Source: an uncultured bacterium
GTDB taxonomy: Bacteria; Desulfobacterota_D; UBA1144; Nemesobacterales; UBA2774
Length of the DNA: 64,000 nt
Assembly (NCBI GenBank): GCA_963825135.1
Contig: CAWGRW010000009.1
Coordinates: 928,001-992,000 of the forward strand
Direction: 5' to 3'
In this document: piece after piece, positions 1 through 9,459 of the stretch
Layout of the letters: each line of letters starts with the position of its first letter
Position numbering within the stretch: position 1 is the stretch's first letter
Made by a program: the position numbers and the translations under genes
The notes under the pieces: model-generated
Databases searched by the model: none
Told to the model about the DNA's origin: nothing
The model's input: the letters and a program-made list of their open reading frames with translations, nothing else

Positions 1-277
1 TGAGGCCGAGATGGATATATCTCGACTCCCTGCCCACATGCTCCGAAACGGAGGTAAGGAATGAAATGACATCGTGCTTCAATTCCTTTTCGAGCTCGTT
101 TATTCTGGAGACGTCGAAGCCCGCCTTCTTCTTTATCGTCTCTACTGATTTTTTGGGTATTTTTTTATATTTGGCCCACGCCTCGCATACCGCTATTTCA
201 ACCCGAAGCCAGTTAGCGTACTTTGCTTCGTCGGTCCATATACCGGACATTTCAGGTCTCGAATATCTAGGAATCAA
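1..277 (-). CDS. purB: adenylosuccinate lyase, 5' part (runs off window)
   Basis: Not in ORF track. Manual translation from TTG at 277 gives MIPRYSRPEMSGIWTDEAKYANWLRVEIAVCEAW...KHDVISFL...SRYIHLGL, a typical PurB N-terminus. Start overlaps the upstream gene's stop (TTGA). Confidence 0.92.
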   Translation of the reverse strand, partial: MIPRYSRPEMSGIWTDEAKYANWLRVEIAVCEAWAKYKKIPKKSVETIKKKAGFDVSRINELEKELKHDVISFLTSVSEHVGRESRYIHLGL

Positions 278-1032
278 ATCGCCAGCACCTCCCCCGGTGT
301 CTTTCTCGGAGCAACCGAAATGCGCACGTCAGTCCCGCCCCCCGTTTTCTTAAGCGCCTTTGTCGCGGACTCAAAAGCGACTTCGGGCCTGTTGTTCACC
401 TGACTCAAATGAGCGAGGACTACGTGCTTCAGCCCGCAATGGATCAATTCCGACAAGAGCTCGGCAGCCTGGTGATTCGAAAGATGGCCCAGACGTCCCC
501 TGATTCTCTGTTTTAAATCCCATGGGTAATGACTGTACATGAGTATGTCGTTATCATGGTTAAACTCGATTACGAGAGCGTTCGACCCCCTGAGCCGCTC
601 CCTGACCAGCGTGGTAACAGAACCGATGTCCGTCACAACCCCTATTTTTTTCCCGCTTCCGGTCTCTATCGAGAAACCCACGGGGTCGAGCGCGTCATGA
701 GGCACGGAGAACGGAGTTATCATCAAATCCTTTATCGTGAAGGAAGTATCCGAATCGAATTCCTGAAGCGAGTTTACTTTATCGCGCCACAGATGGGACG
801 TGGCTCTGGCGACGTGCACCGGAAGACCTATCTTCTGTATCGCTGAAGTGTGGTCCGAATGCTCGTGGGTCACTATCACCGCATCTATATCGGACAAATG
901 CACGTCGAGCCTGCTCAACCTAAGACCTATCTGCTTCAGGCTGATTCCCGCGTCGACGAGTACCCTTGTCTCTCCAGACTCGATATATAAGCAGTTTCCG
1001 GAGCTGCCGCTCGCTAATGTACAGATCCTCAT
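274..1032 (-). CDS. MBL-fold metallo-hydrolase (YycJ/WalJ-like)
   Basis: LASGSSGN N-terminus, THEHSDH metal motif, HDA, GHLSN and LAHLS motifs. Confidence 0.88.
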   Translation of the reverse strand: MRICTLASGSSGNCLYIESGETRVLVDAGISLKQIGLRLSRLDVHLSDIDAVIVTHEHSDHTSAIQKIGLPVHVARATSHLWRDKVNSLQEFDSDTSFTIKDLMITPFSVPHDALDPVGFSIETGSGKKIGVVTDIGSVTTLVRERLRGSNALVIEFNHDNDILMYSHYPWDLKQRIRGRLGHLSNHQAAELLSELIHCGLKHVVLAHLSQVNNRPEVAFESATKALKKTGGGTDVRISVAPRKTPGEVLAI

Positions 1033-1217
1033 TCGGTAACCGTCAAACTTTTTTGCCCGCCCGAGAAATCGCCGGGGTCTCTGCTTTTTAGTCTATACCG
1101 TGGAACAAAATAAAGCCTTGATGCTAAATAACAAATAATGCTTAACGTTTCCAATTTCATGTTACGCATCCGAGTTCTAAAAACCGCCGCCCTTGCCGCC
1201 CGGTAGCGGGGGCATAA

Positions 1218-2759
1218 TTAAAATTCCTTTTCTCTCTGAAGCGCGGGCTTGGGAATTATCGAATTGATAGGCGAGACCGTGCCTTTTTTACCGGAACCGT
1301 GAAAGATCGAAAGGAGTCCGGTATATAGAAACCCGAATTGAATGAGAAGAAGGAACGGGATCAAGCCGAGGTATCCCAAATAGATAGCGAGAACGGTCTG
1401 GAGCAAGAACAACACCCCGAAAACAAGCTCGATGACCGCGGTCACTTCTTTAGAAGCGACGTAGCTCCTCGAGCGCCAGTTGTCGCTGCTGGAGGTAACC
1501 GCGAATTTCGGAGTGCGTCTGAACTCCGAGTTATGTCCCAACAGCGCCTCCAGCACCGCCTTTGAGTTGTTGACCGCCATACCCGCGCCTATCGAAATCG
1601 CGAGGGGCACATACTTCAGATAGGCCAGCCAATTTTTGCCGTGCACCTCTCTCACCGTAATTATATAGAAGAGCACGAAGCTGAGCGTGCCCGCGGCGAT
1701 CGCGAATACATTCACGAATATGCCGCTGTCCCAGCCGATCTTGCTCCAGAAAAAACCCATGGGAAACATGAGCAGAAATAGGACCAGGAGGAGTAAATAC
1801 GAAATATTGCCGAAGAGATGAAAGAAGGCTTCGGACTTAATCCTGAAGGAAAGGTCATGCCTCCTGAAAATCTCGGGGAGAATTTTTATTGCGGTTTGAA
1901 CCCCTCCTTTTGCCCACCTGTGCTGCTGTGATTTAAAGGCGTTCATATCGACCGGAAGCTCCGCGTCGGCGGTCATATCCCGGAGGTAAACCAGCTTCCA
2001 TCCGGCAAGCTGGGCCCGGTAACTGAGGTCGAGGTCCTCAGTAAGCGTATCGTGCTGCCATCCGCCCGAGGTTTCGATGCATTCTTTCCTCAAAATACCG
2101 GCGGTCCCGTTGAAGTTAAAGAACATTCCGCCGTTAAACCTGGCCGTCTGCTCTATCACGAAATGTCCGTCGAGGAGTATTGCCTGAGCCCTGGTAAGGG
2201 TAGAGTAATCGAGATTGACGTGCCCCCACCTGACCTGGACCATGCCGATCCCGGGGTCGGTGAAAAAATCCACAGTATTCCTTAGAAATTCCCGGGGAGG
2301 CATGAAATCGGCGTCGAATACGGCAAGAAGCTCGCCCTTTGCCCTGAGGAGCCCCTCCCTGAGGGCGCCTGCCTTATAGCCCTCCCTGTTCTCCCTGTGA
2401 ATGTATACAATATCGATCCCAGAGTGCCTGAAATGATTTACACACCGGCTCGCGATTTCCACCGTCTTGTCCGTAGAGTCATCGAGCACCTGGATTTCCA
2501 GCAGCTCTTTCGGGTAGTCGATATTACAAACAGAGGAAATAAGCCTCTCCACCACGTACATTTCGTTATATATCGGGAGCTGGATTGTAACGACCGGAAG
2601 GTTTTGATACCTGGCTGCGGGGACGGGCTTCTTATCCTTGTTCTTACTATATATATAGGAAAGGTAATACCGGTGGAGGCCGAATATGCAAAGAAGCGTC
2701 AGCGTTACGGCATAAAGTACTGTGACAATTATTTTAGAAGCTAAAATAAAATATTCCAC
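1218..2759 (-). CDS. processive membrane glycosyltransferase family 2 (cellulose synthase-like)
   Basis: QLPIYNE, DDS, DAD, TED and QQHRW (QxxRW) motifs; N- and C-terminal TM helices. Confidence 0.88.
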   Translation of the reverse strand: MEYFILASKIIVTVLYAVTLTLLCIFGLHRYYLSYIYSKNKDKKPVPAARYQNLPVVTIQLPIYNEMYVVERLISSVCNIDYPKELLEIQVLDDSTDKTVEIASRCVNHFRHSGIDIVYIHRENREGYKAGALREGLLRAKGELLAVFDADFMPPREFLRNTVDFFTDPGIGMVQVRWGHVNLDYSTLTRAQAILLDGHFVIEQTARFNGGMFFNFNGTAGILRKECIETSGGWQHDTLTEDLDLSYRAQLAGWKLVYLRDMTADAELPVDMNAFKSQQHRWAKGGVQTAIKILPEIFRRHDLSFRIKSEAFFHLFGNISYLLLLVLFLLMFPMGFFWSKIGWDSGIFVNVFAIAAGTLSFVLFYIITVREVHGKNWLAYLKYVPLAISIGAGMAVNNSKAVLEALLGHNSEFRRTPKFAVTSSSDNWRSRSYVASKEVTAVIELVFGVLFLLQTVLAIYLGYLGLIPFLLLIQFGFLYTGLLSIFHGSGKKGTVSPINSIIPKPALQREKEF

Positions 2760-2794
2760 TTCTCATTTCCTGCTGCCTTTCCTTCCGGATAGGA

Positions 2795-3961
2795 TCAGAA
2801 CTTTGCCTCTTTGAGCCTTTCTACAGCCTGGATTATTCTTTCGGTATTGAACGTGGTCGAAACACGCGCATAGCCCTCGCCGAATTTTCCGAATCCCGTT
2901 CCCGGGGTTACGACGATCCCGGTTTCCGTTAAGAGCTTCGTCGAAAAATCCTTGGAAGACAAACCTTTCGGGACTTCGAACCATACGTAAAATGTGGCCA
3001 GGGGTTTATTGTAGCTGAAACCCGCCTCGTCCAGACCCTTGCAGAAAATATCCCTCCGTTCCTGGAATATTTTTATCCTGTCATCGAGGCCGATTTTGTA
3101 ATTTTTCAAAGCTTCTATTCCGGCGACCTGAACAGCCTGAAAAGCGCCCGAATCTATATTCGTCTTAATCTTCCCGAGCCCCCCGATCGCCTTCTTGTTT
3201 CCAACAGCGAATCCTATCCTCCATCCGGTCATGTTGAAGGTCTTGGATAAAGAATGGAACTCGATACCCACGTCCTTCGCACCGTCGAACTGCAGGAAGC
3301 TGGCGGGCTTATATCCCTCGTACGCCATCTCCGTATAGGCGGCGTCGTGACATATAAGGATATTATATTTGACGGCAAAATCCACAAGTTCCTTGTAAAA
3401 CTCCCCGCCCGCTACGGCCGCCGTGGGGTTGTTCGGATAGTTCACGAACATCATCTTCGCTTTCTTTGCGATATCCTCGGGGATAGAGCCGAGATCGGGG
3501 AGAAATCCGTTCTCCTTAAGAAGCGGGACCGGAACCGGAACACCGCCCGCGAAGCTGATCGAGGTGGGGTAGACGGGGTAACCCGGGTCCGTATAGAGAC
3601 CGATGTCCCCGGGGTCAAGGAACGCCAGAGGCGTATGCGCTATCCCCTCCTTGGAACCGATCAGAGTGACCACTTCCGTTTTGGGGTCGAGATCGACTCC
3701 GAAACGCTCCTTATACCAGTCCGCGACCGCCGATCTGAACGAGAGCAGGCCTTCATAGGACGGGTATCTGTGATTTTGCGGGTCCTCGGCCGCTCTCTTC
3801 AATGCCTCGACAATGTGCCGCGGCGTAGGTATATCCGGGTCACCGACGCCTAAATCAATAATGTCCATCCCCTTTGCCCTCATTTCACTCTTCTTGGCGT
3901 CAATTTCGGCGAACAGGTAAGGCGGAAGGTCGGCGATTCTCTTCGCCCACTTCAAATCCAT
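2795..3961 (-). CDS. dapL: LL-diaminopimelate aminotransferase (PLP class I)
   Basis: LPPYLFAEID, DLGVGDPD, GSKEGIAH, NYPNNPT, SLSKTFNMTGWRIG. Start placed at ATG 3961 (MDLKW) after a GGAG RBS. Confidence 0.82.
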   Translation of the reverse strand: MDLKWAKRIADLPPYLFAEIDAKKSEMRAKGMDIIDLGVGDPDIPTPRHIVEALKRAAEDPQNHRYPSYEGLLSFRSAVADWYKERFGVDLDPKTEVVTLIGSKEGIAHTPLAFLDPGDIGLYTDPGYPVYPTSISFAGGVPVPVPLLKENGFLPDLGSIPEDIAKKAKMMFVNYPNNPTAAVAGGEFYKELVDFAVKYNILICHDAAYTEMAYEGYKPASFLQFDGAKDVGIEFHSLSKTFNMTGWRIGFAVGNKKAIGGLGKIKTNIDSGAFQAVQVAGIEALKNYKIGLDDRIKIFQERRDIFCKGLDEAGFSYNKPLATFYVWFEVPKGLSSKDFSTKLLTETGIVVTPGTGFGKFGEGYARVSTTFNTERIIQAVERLKEAKF

Positions 3962-4092
3962 CGGAAATTCTCCTTTGTTTCTCCCCTTTTGGGATTTTCT
4001 ATCATAACTAACCCAGCGTATTAGAGCAAGCATGAGCACTCCGGACAGCCGGTTATGCGGCTCGTCCGCGCGGCTAATACCAAAGCCGGGCG

Positions 4093-4890
4093 CTATTTAT
4101 CGTCCGATGACGATATTTCTTTGTATGCGCCGCTTATTCTCTCGAATGCTATTCTAGCCATCTCCTTCCTCGAACCATAAAGTCCCTGCCCGGTTAAATC
4201 GAGCTCCGTAATGTCAACACAGATAGACCCGAGATTAAGGAGTCTGAAGAAATGCTCGAAAAAGGTAATGTTGCCGTGAAAATAAACGAGCGGACCGCTC
4301 CCGGAATCGATATCTTTTCCGTTTATTTTTCTGTACCTGATGCATACGGGGAGCGCATCGACGCCGCACCCGTCTAACGCGGCGAGTAACGGGGTCTTAA
4401 AAGGCTTGACCTCCTCACCGTCCGATGTCGTACCTTCGGGGAATAGCACCACGTTGAGGCCCATATTTAATATATCCCTTATATTCTGCATATCTTTAAG
4501 GAGACGCGCCCTGTTCCGCCTTTCGACGAAAACACCGCCGGAGTATCTTATTATGGCTCCCAGCAGAAAAGCCTCTTTCAGCTCCGAATTCGCCACGAAA
4601 ACAGACGGAGCGACGGAGGCGATGACGAATATGTCGATATATGAGAGGTGGTTCGAAATTATAAGATAGTTTCGTTTTCCGCTGCCCAGCTTATTTATCC
4701 CTCTCGGCCTTACCTTTACACCCAGAACCTTGAGCGCCGTCCTCATGTAGAAGGAGGAAATGAGGGAGAAATACCTGAGCTTGGCCGCTTTATTTCTGAC
4801 GAGCACGTCCACACAAAAGGATATGCCGAGGAATGTGACAACCAGTATGAGAAAAGCGATGATCTTCAAGGGTTTTATTAAAAAGCCCAT
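4093..4890 (-). CDS. lysophospholipid acyltransferase (PlsC/OlsA family)
   Basis: NHLSYID (HX4D) and FPEGTTSDG motifs; N-terminal TM. Confidence 0.88.
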   Translation of the reverse strand: MGFLIKPLKIIAFLILVVTFLGISFCVDVLVRNKAAKLRYFSLISSFYMRTALKVLGVKVRPRGINKLGSGKRNYLIISNHLSYIDIFVIASVAPSVFVANSELKEAFLLGAIIRYSGGVFVERRNRARLLKDMQNIRDILNMGLNVVLFPEGTTSDGEEVKPFKTPLLAALDGCGVDALPVCIRYRKINGKDIDSGSGPLVYFHGNITFFEHFFRLLNLGSICVDITELDLTGQGLYGSRKEMARIAFERISGAYKEISSSDDK

Positions 4891-4978
4891 ATGCGTCTTT
4901 GGCCCTTACTCCGTCAAGCGGGGCAGCTGTGATACAATTATTTATTGCCGGATATAATTTACTCCACAGATTTATAAC

Positions 4979-6133
4979 ATGGAAATGAACCCATTAGCCG
5001 AAATAATAAAATCGGAAATAAGAACTAAAGGCAGGCTGACTTTTTCCGGGTTCATGGAAATGGCGCTTTACCATGAGGAGTTCGGTTACTACACGTCCGG
5101 AGAAGCGCACATCGGTAAAGGCGGGGACTACTACACGAGCCCAAGCGTGAGTTCGGCTTTCGGCGGGGTTCTGGCGCGGTTCATTGCGAAATCACGCGGC
5201 TTGATAAGAGAGCCCGGGTTTTACGTGATCGAGTGCGGCGGGGGCTCAGGGCTCCTAGCTTCCGACATACTCGATTCGATCGAGAGGGATAACCCGGAGC
5301 TATACGAGACGATACAATACCGGATTGTAGAAAAGAACGTCCGGGCAGCGGGTGTATCGGAAGAGACGCTCCGCAAACACCTGGCAAAAGTCAGATTTAT
5401 GTCCTCTCTGTTCGAGATTGAAACCGAGCGAACCGGCGGGGTTATTTTATCGAACGAGCTCGTAGACGCGTTTCCTTTCCACAGAGTCAGATTCTCGGAC
5501 GATGCCGTTAAGGAGGTATTCGTTACCCTGAGCGGGGGCGAATTCGTGGAAATCCAGGATGAGCCGAGCTCGATTGAGCTCGCCCAATACTTCAACGGCT
5601 ATGAGACGTTTCGTGAAGGCCAGGAAGCAGAAGTAAATCTAAACGCAGGCAGGTGGCTCGGGGAGGCTGAAAAGGCGCTTGGGAAGGGCTTCATACTGAC
5701 CATAGACTACGGGTTCCTCGCGCCCGAGCTGTACAGCCCCGAAAGAATGAAGGGCACATATAAGTGCATGCACGGGCATTCGATCAGCGAGAATCCCTAC
5801 GTAAACATCGGAGAGCAGGACATCACGGCCCACGTGGATTTCAGCAACCTGATCAGGGTCGGCGAATCTCTCGGCCTCGAAACCATTAAATACACTACGC
5901 AGGGACAGTTCCTCCTCGACTGGGGCGTTCTCGATATAATGACAAGGCTATCCGAACAGGACGTCTTATCGGGCAACGAGAACCCGGGAGCGAACAAGAC
6001 CATTAAGAACCTGTTCCTTCCCGGTTCCATGGGAAACAGCTTCAAGGTGCTCTTGCAGGCGAAGGGCCTGAGCACGAGGGACGAGGGCTTCTACCCGGAA
6101 TCGCCTCTAAAATTGAGCTTCGGCGTACTCTGA
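4979..6133 (+). CDS. SAM-dependent methyltransferase, MidA/NDUFAF7 family
   Basis: FMEMALY..GYY, GDYYTSP, ECGGGSG, SNELVDAFP, IDYG, QDITAHVDF. Confidence 0.88.
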   Translation: MEMNPLAEIIKSEIRTKGRLTFSGFMEMALYHEEFGYYTSGEAHIGKGGDYYTSPSVSSAFGGVLARFIAKSRGLIREPGFYVIECGGGSGLLASDILDSIERDNPELYETIQYRIVEKNVRAAGVSEETLRKHLAKVRFMSSLFEIETERTGGVILSNELVDAFPFHRVRFSDDAVKEVFVTLSGGEFVEIQDEPSSIELAQYFNGYETFREGQEAEVNLNAGRWLGEAEKALGKGFILTIDYGFLAPELYSPERMKGTYKCMHGHSISENPYVNIGEQDITAHVDFSNLIRVGESLGLETIKYTTQGQFLLDWGVLDIMTRLSEQDVLSGNENPGANKTIKNLFLPGSMGNSFKVLLQAKGLSTRDEGFYPESPLKLSFGVL

Positions 6134-6229
6134 CATCCTCCTTGCCCTCCGATAGAAACACAACTGATTTTATTTTGATACGCCGCTGCTGACTATGCAG
6201 GGCAATTGATACCCGCCTGAAAAAAACCC

Positions 6230-6280
6230 TTGACAATAATCTCTGAATAACATATTATTAGAACTGACTGGTCGGTACTA
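6230..6280 (+). promoter_or_regulatory. sigma70 promoter plus TetR-type operator palindrome
   Basis: TTGACA (6230-6235), 17 bp, TATTAT (6253-6258), followed by imperfect palindrome TAGAACTGACTGGTCGGTACTA (6259-6280). Confidence 0.7.
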
Positions 6281-6301
6281 ATTGGTGGGGGGCAGCCGAA
6301 A

Positions 6302-6883
6302 TTGAATAAAAGCAAAGAAAGATTACTCGCAAGCGCGAAAGAGCTCATCCACGAAAACGGCTTTCAGCAAACTTCTGTCGATGAGATACTTAAAAAGAGC
6401 GGTGTAACAAAAAGCAATTTCTACTATCACTTCAAAAGCAAAGAAGAACTAGGGCTGGTAATACTTGAAAGATTCATAAGCCTCTACGAAACTGACGTAT
6501 TGATTAAGACTCTCGCCAATAAATCCCTCGGCCCATCAGAGAGACTTGTCGAATTCTATAGCTCAGTCAAAACGTTCCACCGGGACTTACAGAACCCCAA
6601 GGGGTGCCCTTTTGGAAATATGGCGATTGAAATGAGCGGAGCAAACGAAAATTTCAGAGAAAAGCTTTCGGCATTTTTTAACTCCTGGGAGAAGATAATC
6701 GAAGAATGCATAGACGAGGGTATAAACACTGGGGATTTCCGCAGCGATCTTTCCCCGGGAGCGATCGCGCAATTGATACTTTCCCACCTGGAAGGCGCGA
6801 TAATGATGGTCAAAACACACAGGTCACTAGAACCGCTTTCTTCGGGAAGCGAGACAATACTAAGGCTTTTAAAAGCTGCCTGA
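6302..6883 (+). CDS. TetR/AcrR family transcriptional regulator (NemR-like)
   Basis: N-terminal HTH (GFQQTSVDEILKKSGVTKSNFYYHFKSKEEL); C-terminal GCPFGN motif. Confidence 0.92.
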   Translation: MNKSKERLLASAKELIHENGFQQTSVDEILKKSGVTKSNFYYHFKSKEELGLVILERFISLYETDVLIKTLANKSLGPSERLVEFYSSVKTFHRDLQNPKGCPFGNMAIEMSGANENFREKLSAFFNSWEKIIEECIDEGINTGDFRSDLSPGAIAQLILSHLEGAIMMVKTHRSLEPLSSGSETILRLLKAA

Positions 6884-6905
6884 TATATATCAAAGGAGGT
6901 GCATT

Positions 6906-7610
6906 ATGTCGGAATATATGTTCAAAAGTGAAATTTCAGGTGATATGGCCCATTTCAAGGAATTAAACCCGGAGCTCCACGGGGCGTGGATGAATCTTCA
7001 CAACGGGGTATTCGAGGACGGCGCCCTCTCACAGAAGGAAAAACAGCTTATAGCAGTTGCCGGGGCTCATATAACGAGATGCCCTTACTGCATAAGATCG
7101 AGGGTCAGGCTATCCAAGAACCTGGGCGCCTCGGACCAGGAGATCATCGAATCGATCTACGTCGCACTCCGCTTCGCCATGGGCGGACCCTACGCTTATT
7201 CAACCATAGCTTTTGAAGCCCACGACGCTCTTGAGCACAATATCCCGCTCACGGAAGGACATTTCTTCAAAAAAGATGTTACCAAAGAGATAAACGAATT
7301 CAGCAAGTGCAGCGGAGCTAATTCGGAAGCCTTTAAGGAGTTCACTAAAAAGGTTTTCGCCGAGGGCGCGCTCAGTAGAGACTTCAAAAGAGGGTTAATG
7401 GGCCTGGCCTGCGCACACATGACCAAGTGTCCTTATTGCATCAGAGGCTGCGTGAAGGACGCGAGGAGCGGAGGGATATCTAAAGAGCAAATGGCCGAGG
7501 CTATAAATGTCGCAATGGTCATGTCGGCAGGCGCCTGTTTCGCTCATACCAGCATTGCGATGGATACACTCGCCGGCCTCGGCGAAAAGAGTAAAGTGAT
7601 GGCAAAATAA
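6906..7610 (+). CDS. tandem carboxymuconolactone decarboxylase/AhpD-like protein (two CxxC domains)
   Basis: Internal duplication: VFEDGALS..AHITRCPYCI and VFAEGALS..AHMTKCPYCI. Confidence 0.85.
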   Translation: MSEYMFKSEISGDMAHFKELNPELHGAWMNLHNGVFEDGALSQKEKQLIAVAGAHITRCPYCIRSRVRLSKNLGASDQEIIESIYVALRFAMGGPYAYSTIAFEAHDALEHNIPLTEGHFFKKDVTKEINEFSKCSGANSEAFKEFTKKVFAEGALSRDFKRGLMGLACAHMTKCPYCIRGCVKDARSGGISKEQMAEAINVAMVMSAGACFAHTSIAMDTLAGLGEKSKVMAK

Positions 7611-7826
7611 ACGCCGGACTGATTTGTTACCGAACACACACAAATTAAAAGCATAATCCGATGATAGTTGCAACAACTTAACCCATACAGAGACGCCGGT
7701 GGTTGCACCCGGCGTTTCCGTATCATGCCGGACCAGCCGCGACTCGCAACCTCTAACCCTCAGAAATCACAGAACAATTAGCAAACAATAGCGGCATATA
7801 TGCCGATATGGTAATTTATCCTATAT

Positions 7827-9233
7827 ATGAGCAGGCCGTTATTACCGAGCGAAGATACGATTGCCGCAATAGCGACCCCGCAGGGTAACGGCGGCATTGC
7901 AATAATCAGGATAAGCGGATCGGCATCGCTCCGGACTATCAAACAAATTTTTAGATACGGACGAGAAGATGCCGATTCTGAGGATATGGATTCCCACCGC
8001 TTCTATCACGGACGCATACTGGACCACCGTACAAACGACCTGGTCGATGAAGTTCTCTGCGTTTTAATGAAGTCTCCAAATTCATTTACCGGAGAAGATG
8101 TCGTCGAGATCCACTCACACGGCGGGAACCTCGTGCCAAAGAAGATCCTCGATATACTGTTCAGCCTGGGCCTCAGGCCCGCAAACCCGGGAGAATTCTC
8201 GCTCCGGGCCTACGTGAACGGAAAAATGGACTTGGCTCAGGCTGAAGCCGTATCGGATATCATCAACGCCCGGACAGAAGAGGGTTTAAAACAGGCAGAG
8301 CTCCAGCTTGAAGGGGTGCTGTCGAAGAAGATCGGGGTATTCAAGGATACAGCCCTTGATATCACGGCCGAGATAGAAGCCCAGGTGGATTTCCCCGAGG
8401 ACGAAATAGACCCGATCATCAGAGATAAATTGATAGAAAGCATAAATAGCCTGATTTCAGGCATTTCCGAGCTCTTAAACACATACGAGGAAGGCCGGAT
8501 TATCAAACACGGGGTCAAAACAGCCATACTCGGAAAGCCGAACGTAGGAAAATCGAGCCTCCTGAACATGCTTTTGATGAGAGACAGGGCGATTGTCAGC
8601 CCCCACCCCGGCACAACAAGGGATTTTATAGAGGAATGTCTGGACGTAAGAGGGATTCCGCTAGTATTGATAGATACCGCTGGTATCAGAAAAACCACGG
8701 ATGAGATAGAACACGCGGGCGTAAGCCTCGCGAAAAAAAAGGCGGAAGAGGCGGAGCTGCTGCTCGTGGTGCTCGACGGAAGCAGTGAGCTCGATACGGA
8801 CGACCTGGAGGTATTAGAAGGTGTTGAAGACAAAAGAGCGGTCTTTATACTCAACAAATCCGATAAAGGGCTCAAATTGAAGGCGGAAACACTCCCCCGC
8901 ACGGTCAATCAGGAAAGAATCATTCGGACCTCTGCCAAGCTGGGCACCGGGGTGGAAGAGCTCAAGGATTCGATCAGGATGCTGCTCATCGGCGAGAATA
9001 GCCAAACAGACGGCAGCGAGATCATTCTCACGGAGCTCAGGCATAAACTTGCCCTTGAATCCGCGTCCAATAGCCTGAAATCATTTCTGGCGCTTCTGGA
9101 AAGAGGCGAATCGCCGGAATTCCTAGCAATCGAGCTCCGGGCCGCCCTGGATTCTCTCGGCGAGATCACCGGGGAAGTGACAACTGAGGATATCCTGGGC
9201 AGAATTTTCAGTAAATTTTGCATTGGCAAATAG
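7827..9233 (+). CDS. mnmE: tRNA modification GTPase MnmE
   Basis: DTIAAIATP, SFTGEDVVEIHSHGG, GKPNVGKSS, GTTRD, DTAG, C-terminal FCIGK. Confidence 0.97.
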   Translation: MSRPLLPSEDTIAAIATPQGNGGIAIIRISGSASLRTIKQIFRYGREDADSEDMDSHRFYHGRILDHRTNDLVDEVLCVLMKSPNSFTGEDVVEIHSHGGNLVPKKILDILFSLGLRPANPGEFSLRAYVNGKMDLAQAEAVSDIINARTEEGLKQAELQLEGVLSKKIGVFKDTALDITAEIEAQVDFPEDEIDPIIRDKLIESINSLISGISELLNTYEEGRIIKHGVKTAILGKPNVGKSSLLNMLLMRDRAIVSPHPGTTRDFIEECLDVRGIPLVLIDTAGIRKTTDEIEHAGVSLAKKKAEEAELLLVVLDGSSELDTDDLEVLEGVEDKRAVFILNKSDKGLKLKAETLPRTVNQERIIRTSAKLGTGVEELKDSIRMLLIGENSQTDGSEIILTELRHKLALESASNSLKSFLALLERGESPEFLAIELRAALDSLGEITGEVTTEDILGRIFSKFCIGK

Positions 9234-9244
9234 GGCTTTATGGA

Positions 9245-9262
9245 ATGTTTCACGTGAAACAT
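9245..9262. other. parS centromere-like site (ParB binding)
   Basis: Perfect palindrome ATGTTTCACGTGAAACAT containing the consensus TGTTTCACGTGAAACA. Confidence 0.92.
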
Positions 9263-9412
9263 CCACAATTGTGGATAAATATCTACACATTTGTTAAGGG
9301 CTCGTTAAGGTAGATTAATCAATAATTACAGTTAGATATGCGCTTTTTGTCGAATTCTCTCCGATTTTTATCCACAATCCTTCCACGTTTTTTCAATTTT
9401 TCTTTATTTTCA
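9259..9412. other. DnaA-box cluster, candidate oriC
   Basis: Perfect boxes TGTGGATAA (9270-9278) and TTATCCACA (9368-9376); degenerate boxes ACATCCACA (9259), ATATCTACA (9279), CCTTCCACG (9379); T-rich tract 9388-9412; adjacent to mnmE and parS. Confidence 0.65.
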
Positions 9413-9459
9413 GGAGGTTGAGAAAACGGGGCGCCGATTCCCGATTTTTAGCTGTAATT

